A DNA stretch of 64,000 nucleotides from Rubripirellula sp. Its GTDB lineage: Bacteria > Planctomycetota > Planctomycetia > Pirellulales > Pirellulaceae. The DNA lies in the NCBI GenBank assembly GCA_965216875.1, contig OZ244207.1:1536001-1600000 (forward strand), read 5' to 3'. Each line of letters starts with the position of its first letter. The stretch's first letter is position 1. Below, piece by piece: positions 60,865 to 64,000 of the stretch. Position numbers and translations under genes: made by a program. The notes under the pieces are model-generated. The model was not told where the DNA came from. It made no database searches and saw only the letters and a list, made by a program, of their open reading frames with translations.

Positions 60865-61507
60865 ATTCGTGTAATTCGATCGATTCGTAGTTGTTTTTCG
60901 CTCCTTTAGGAGCGGCGGCCTTTCGCGCAGCAAGTGGGCTCAATGTTTCGAACGATCCGATAGATAGGCATGAAGTATTCTTGCATATTGCTGCTACGAA
61001 TGAGGTGTTAGATGGCAGCATCGTGAACGTTCTGGCCCCATGTCGTTCTCCGAATCTGTCGCCCTGCGGGCTGAGGTCTATTTTGCTTGTACTCCGGTGG
61101 CTCACGCCACCGGCAGAAATATGCCGGCCTCCGGCCTAAACGCTACTCGCGCGGCAGCGAGCGCGTTCCATCTAGGCCGGCGGGCGGAATAAGAACTGCC
61201 GGGGTCGTAAGACCTTGGACCCCGATGGTCAAAAACCTGGACGTTCCTCGGGGGCAGGGTACCGGCGTAACCGCAGATGCACACTGACAAACGCAGATAG
61301 CAATAACGCTGATCTGCGTCCACTTGCGTTCATCTGCGGTTTCCTCGCCTCCGCAAAGCGAGTAACACAACCCTGTTGCCTCTCGAATTCGCAAACTCAT
61401 TCGTGTCATTCGATCAATTCGTGGTTGTCTTTCACACGTGTAGCGACGGCAGCTAGCCGCTCACATGCGCGTTCGGGAGGGTGACGCTCACGCAGAGCCG
61501 ATGGCTA
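60865..61507. repeat. Intergenic cluster of short palindromic and direct repeats
   Basis: 30-bp direct repeats at 60865-60894 and 61399-61428 (27/30 identical); AACCGCAGATG..CATCTGCGGTT inverted element at 61269-61341; hairpins GCTCCTTTAGGAGC and CCGGTGGCTCACGCCACCGG. Confidence 0.75.
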
Positions 61508-64000
61508 TTGGCCAAAATTGTTTCGGAACGCTGCGAAATCAAAGAGGTTGATCGTTTGGTTGTTGTCGGCATCGAGACTGTCGACATAACCAAGGTCGTT
61601 GGCTGACTTGGCGTAGGAGTTACGGAAGGCAGCGAAATCGAAGAGGTTGACGATGTCGTTTCCGTCTTGATCGCCATACTTGCGGAAGAAACCGTCGGCT
61701 TCGGTAGCGCCAAAATGATATTGGCCCCCCGCTATTCCATCGCCGTCGCCATCAAGCGGGGTGCCGTCCAAGTGGACAAGCGCCGAATCGATGGTCAGTT
61801 GGTAGCTGCCGTCTGCGAGTGATCCTCCTGCCAAAACGGAAGGGCCTTGGGCAAAGGTGAATCGCACTCGAGTCTTGCCATCATCGTGAGTGATGACGGG
61901 GACGTCGGTCACTTGCTCGAGCGTATCGAGGTTGACGAACTGAAACGCGTCGTTGCCGGGGCTTTGATCGATTTCGACTTCGAAGTTGAAAAGCAATTCA
62001 ACTTCCTTGAGCGATGACCTTTGTGCATCGCCTCCGTTGATGATCACCGAATCGACGGCCGGTGGTGCGGGCGGAGCCTCGAAAGCTCCAATGTCGACGA
62101 TTGGTGTTCCTGTTCGGTTTCCGTCAACAACGCGTTGAAAGCCGATACCGCGCTGGTCGGTTGTGAGTGGGCCGCCACTTGGGTCGGTCGCCAATTCCGT
62201 GAGGCCCGAGTCGACTGCAGGAGAACTTGGCATCAAACGATGCGTTTGCGTTGGGCCCCCATTTTCGGCGAGCGGCACCAGCAACGGATCGAAGCCGACG
62301 AGATTGCCGTCGACGCCATCGGTGATGCCGCCCGATGTTGCTGCGTCCCAAACCAAGTTGTGCTGGGCATCGATTAGGTTCGAGGCGTTGATTTCCCATG
62401 ATGCACCGGACAAACCGCTGAGGTTTCCGGCAATAAGACTGTTGTAGGCGGTAAGTTGGTTGGTATTAATTCCACCGCCATTGCCGCTGCCATTTCCATC
62501 GCTGTCACCGTGATTGAAGGCGAGGGTCACGTTGCGAAGCTTGGTAACAAAACTTGAGATACCAGCACCATGTGTAGCAGCGGAATTGCCTGAGATGGTC
62601 GAGTTAAAGACGTTGACGGTCCCGCCAGTTGAGACGCCACCACCTTGACCCAAAGTAACATTGTCATGGATGGCACTGTCGATAACGTTGATCGGTCCGA
62701 AGCGTGAATAGATTCCGCCGCCGGCTGAATCTGCGGTATTGCCGACGATCGACGTTCGTTCGAGAGTGAGCGTGTTGGTCGCGTTGATGGCGCCTCCGTT
62801 GGTCCCGCTGCTGTTGCGGATCACGCTGTCACGAACGGTCAATGTGGTTGGACTCAGGATCGCGCTATCGTCCGCGTCGCGCAGCGTAAGTCCGGATAGC
62901 ACAGTGCCGGAGTACGTGTTGTGAAAGATGCGCGACGAGCCATTGCCGCTGATTGTGATTTGGTCGGCGCCGGGCCCCAAAATCGAAATCGAGGTGCTGA
63001 TCGTTGGCAAGACGCTTGCGAGTGTGATCGTTTCGCCAAAGATCGTCGGGTCGAAGACGATCTCGTCGTGGCCGCCTCGGGCGTTTGCCGCGTTGATGAG
63101 TTCTCGGAGTGAATCGCCCGTACCCAATCCGAGTCCACCATCATCTTCATCAGCGATGGTGGTCACTGCATTGCCAACAAAATCGTGCTCGTATGCGCCG
63201 ATGTCGTAGTTGGGTTGTCGATACCGCTGCAAATAATCCGTTCCGGGGGCATCGTTCGTCGTTCCAGCATCATTGATGGAAGACGCTGGATCTTGCTGAT
63301 AGAGCGTCCCAAGCAAGAACAATGGATCGACGCTGATGTTTTGCTCGGCGTCGGATGCTGTGCCGTTTGCGTTGGTTGCGGATGACGAGCCGAAGTCCGC
63401 GGGGTAGTTGCCCCAGTTGCCGCCGGCGTTCTGAAAAACGTTATTGAATCCGATTTGACCAAGGTTGGGAGTGAACGCGGCGGTGGCTTCGATGCCGAGT
63501 CCATTGAACGCAATGTTGTTGTTTCGGATTTCAAGGTTGGTGTCACCGGTGGCACCTTGTGTAGTGTGGGAAAGGGCCGTGCCGACATTGTTGACGATGG
63601 TGTTGTTGAGGAGGTCGGAAAACTGTGTGGTCGGCCCGCTATGGCTGATTTCAACCCCCGTCGTGTTTTGTTCGATGATGTTGTTGACGATCAAGGCCCC
63701 ATTGGACGCACCAAACGGCGCGCTGCCGCCCCCTTCGCTAGCACGCATCTTGATGCCGATGTCGTTGCCGTGGATATGATTCCGAAGCACATTCGGACTT
63801 GTCGCACTCGTTTTGGCCGTGCCGAAGCTGATGGCATAGCTTGCAACGATGTGCAGTCCGCTGATTGTGTTGTTGTAGAATTCATTGTCATGAATGCGTG
63901 CGCTAACGCGGGTTGTTGCCCCTGTTCCTCCCGCCGAATGCATGGTCAAGCCATCTTCGCCGTTGTTGTAGAACTTGCTGTTCTGAACAGTCACGTCACT
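61505..64000 (-). CDS. Large surface protein (5' truncated): beta-helix repeats, CSLREA-like motif, choice-of-anchor Q-like segment, C-terminal dockerin-like module
   Basis: N/G-rich beta-helix repeats; DSLRELINAAN; DPLL.PLAENGGPTQTH..TDQRG..VDIGAFE; duplicated (V/I)NLFDFAAFR. Confidence 0.88.
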   Translation of the reverse strand, partial: SDVTVQNSKFYNNGEDGLTMHSAGGTGATTRVSARIHDNEFYNNTISGLHIVASYAISFGTAKTSATSPNVLRNHIHGNDIGIKMRASEGGGSAPFGASNGALIVNNIIEQNTTGVEISHSGPTTQFSDLLNNTIVNNVGTALSHTTQGATGDTNLEIRNNNIAFNGLGIEATAAFTPNLGQIGFNNVFQNAGGNWGNYPADFGSSSATNANGTASDAEQNISVDPLFLLGTLYQQDPASSINDAGTTNDAPGTDYLQRYRQPNYDIGAYEHDFVGNAVTTIADEDDGGLGLGTGDSLRELINAANARGGHDEIVFDPTIFGETITLASVLPTISTSISILGPGADQITISGNGSSRIFHNTYSGTVLSGLTLRDADDSAILSPTTLTVRDSVIRNSSGTNGGAINATNTLTLERTSIVGNTADSAGGGIYSRFGPINVIDSAIHDNVTLGQGGGVSTGGTVNVFNSTISGNSAATHGAGISSFVTKLRNVTLAFNHGDSDGNGSGNGGGINTNQLTAYNSLIAGNLSGLSGASWEINASNLIDAQHNLVWDAATSGGITDGVDGNLVGFDPLLVPLAENGGPTQTHRLMPSSPAVDSGLTELATDPSGGPLTTDQRGIGFQRVVDGNRTGTPIVDIGAFEAPPAPPAVDSVIINGGDAQRSSLKEVELLFNFEVEIDQSPGNDAFQFVNLDTLEQVTDVPVITHDDGKTRVRFTFAQGPSVLAGGSLADGSYQLTIDSALVHLDGTPLDGDGDGIAGGQYHFGATEADGFFRKYGDQDGNDIVNLFDFAAFRNSYAKSANDLGYVDSLDADNNQTINLFDFAAFRNNFGQ

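Noticed and set aside
1..64000. tRNA, rRNA, DGR or retron components
   Set aside because: No cloverleaf or rRNA signatures and no reverse transcriptase ORF were recognised

Overview
This window is chromosomal DNA of a planctomycete, most likely Pirellulaceae. The assignment rests on DUF1559, DUF1570, LEPR-XLL-type export signals, an ECF sigma/Ser-Thr kinase pair, TIGR02996 and sulfatases. It holds about 45 credible CDSs, including mgtE, pabA/trpG, pheA, dnaK, clpB, two MoxR ATPases, PQQ propellers and two large surface proteins. No rRNA, tRNA or CRISPR array was seen. Main observations: (1) an apparently cytoplasmic subtilase (S8) followed by a ComEC/Avs1a-like MBL-fold hydrolase (41.6-44.9 kb), a candidate undescribed protease-activated nuclease defence system; (2) an intact RAYT transposase with three ~100-bp GTAG REPINs, plus several other repeat families that repeatedly supply the stop codons of neighbouring genes; (3) a candidate structured 5' leader RNA ahead of a Cys-rich PQQ operon; (4) a TIGR02996 protein with two ribosomal L7/L12-CTD-like domains; (5) a small mosaic secreted protein made of DUF1559 and RTX-like motif fragments, divergent from the ECF/kinase pair; (6) a ~180-aa C-terminal module shared by two unrelated surface proteins; (7) a sigma54-type promoter with an upstream palindrome before dnaK. 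All family calls come from recognising motifs by eye; no database searches were run.
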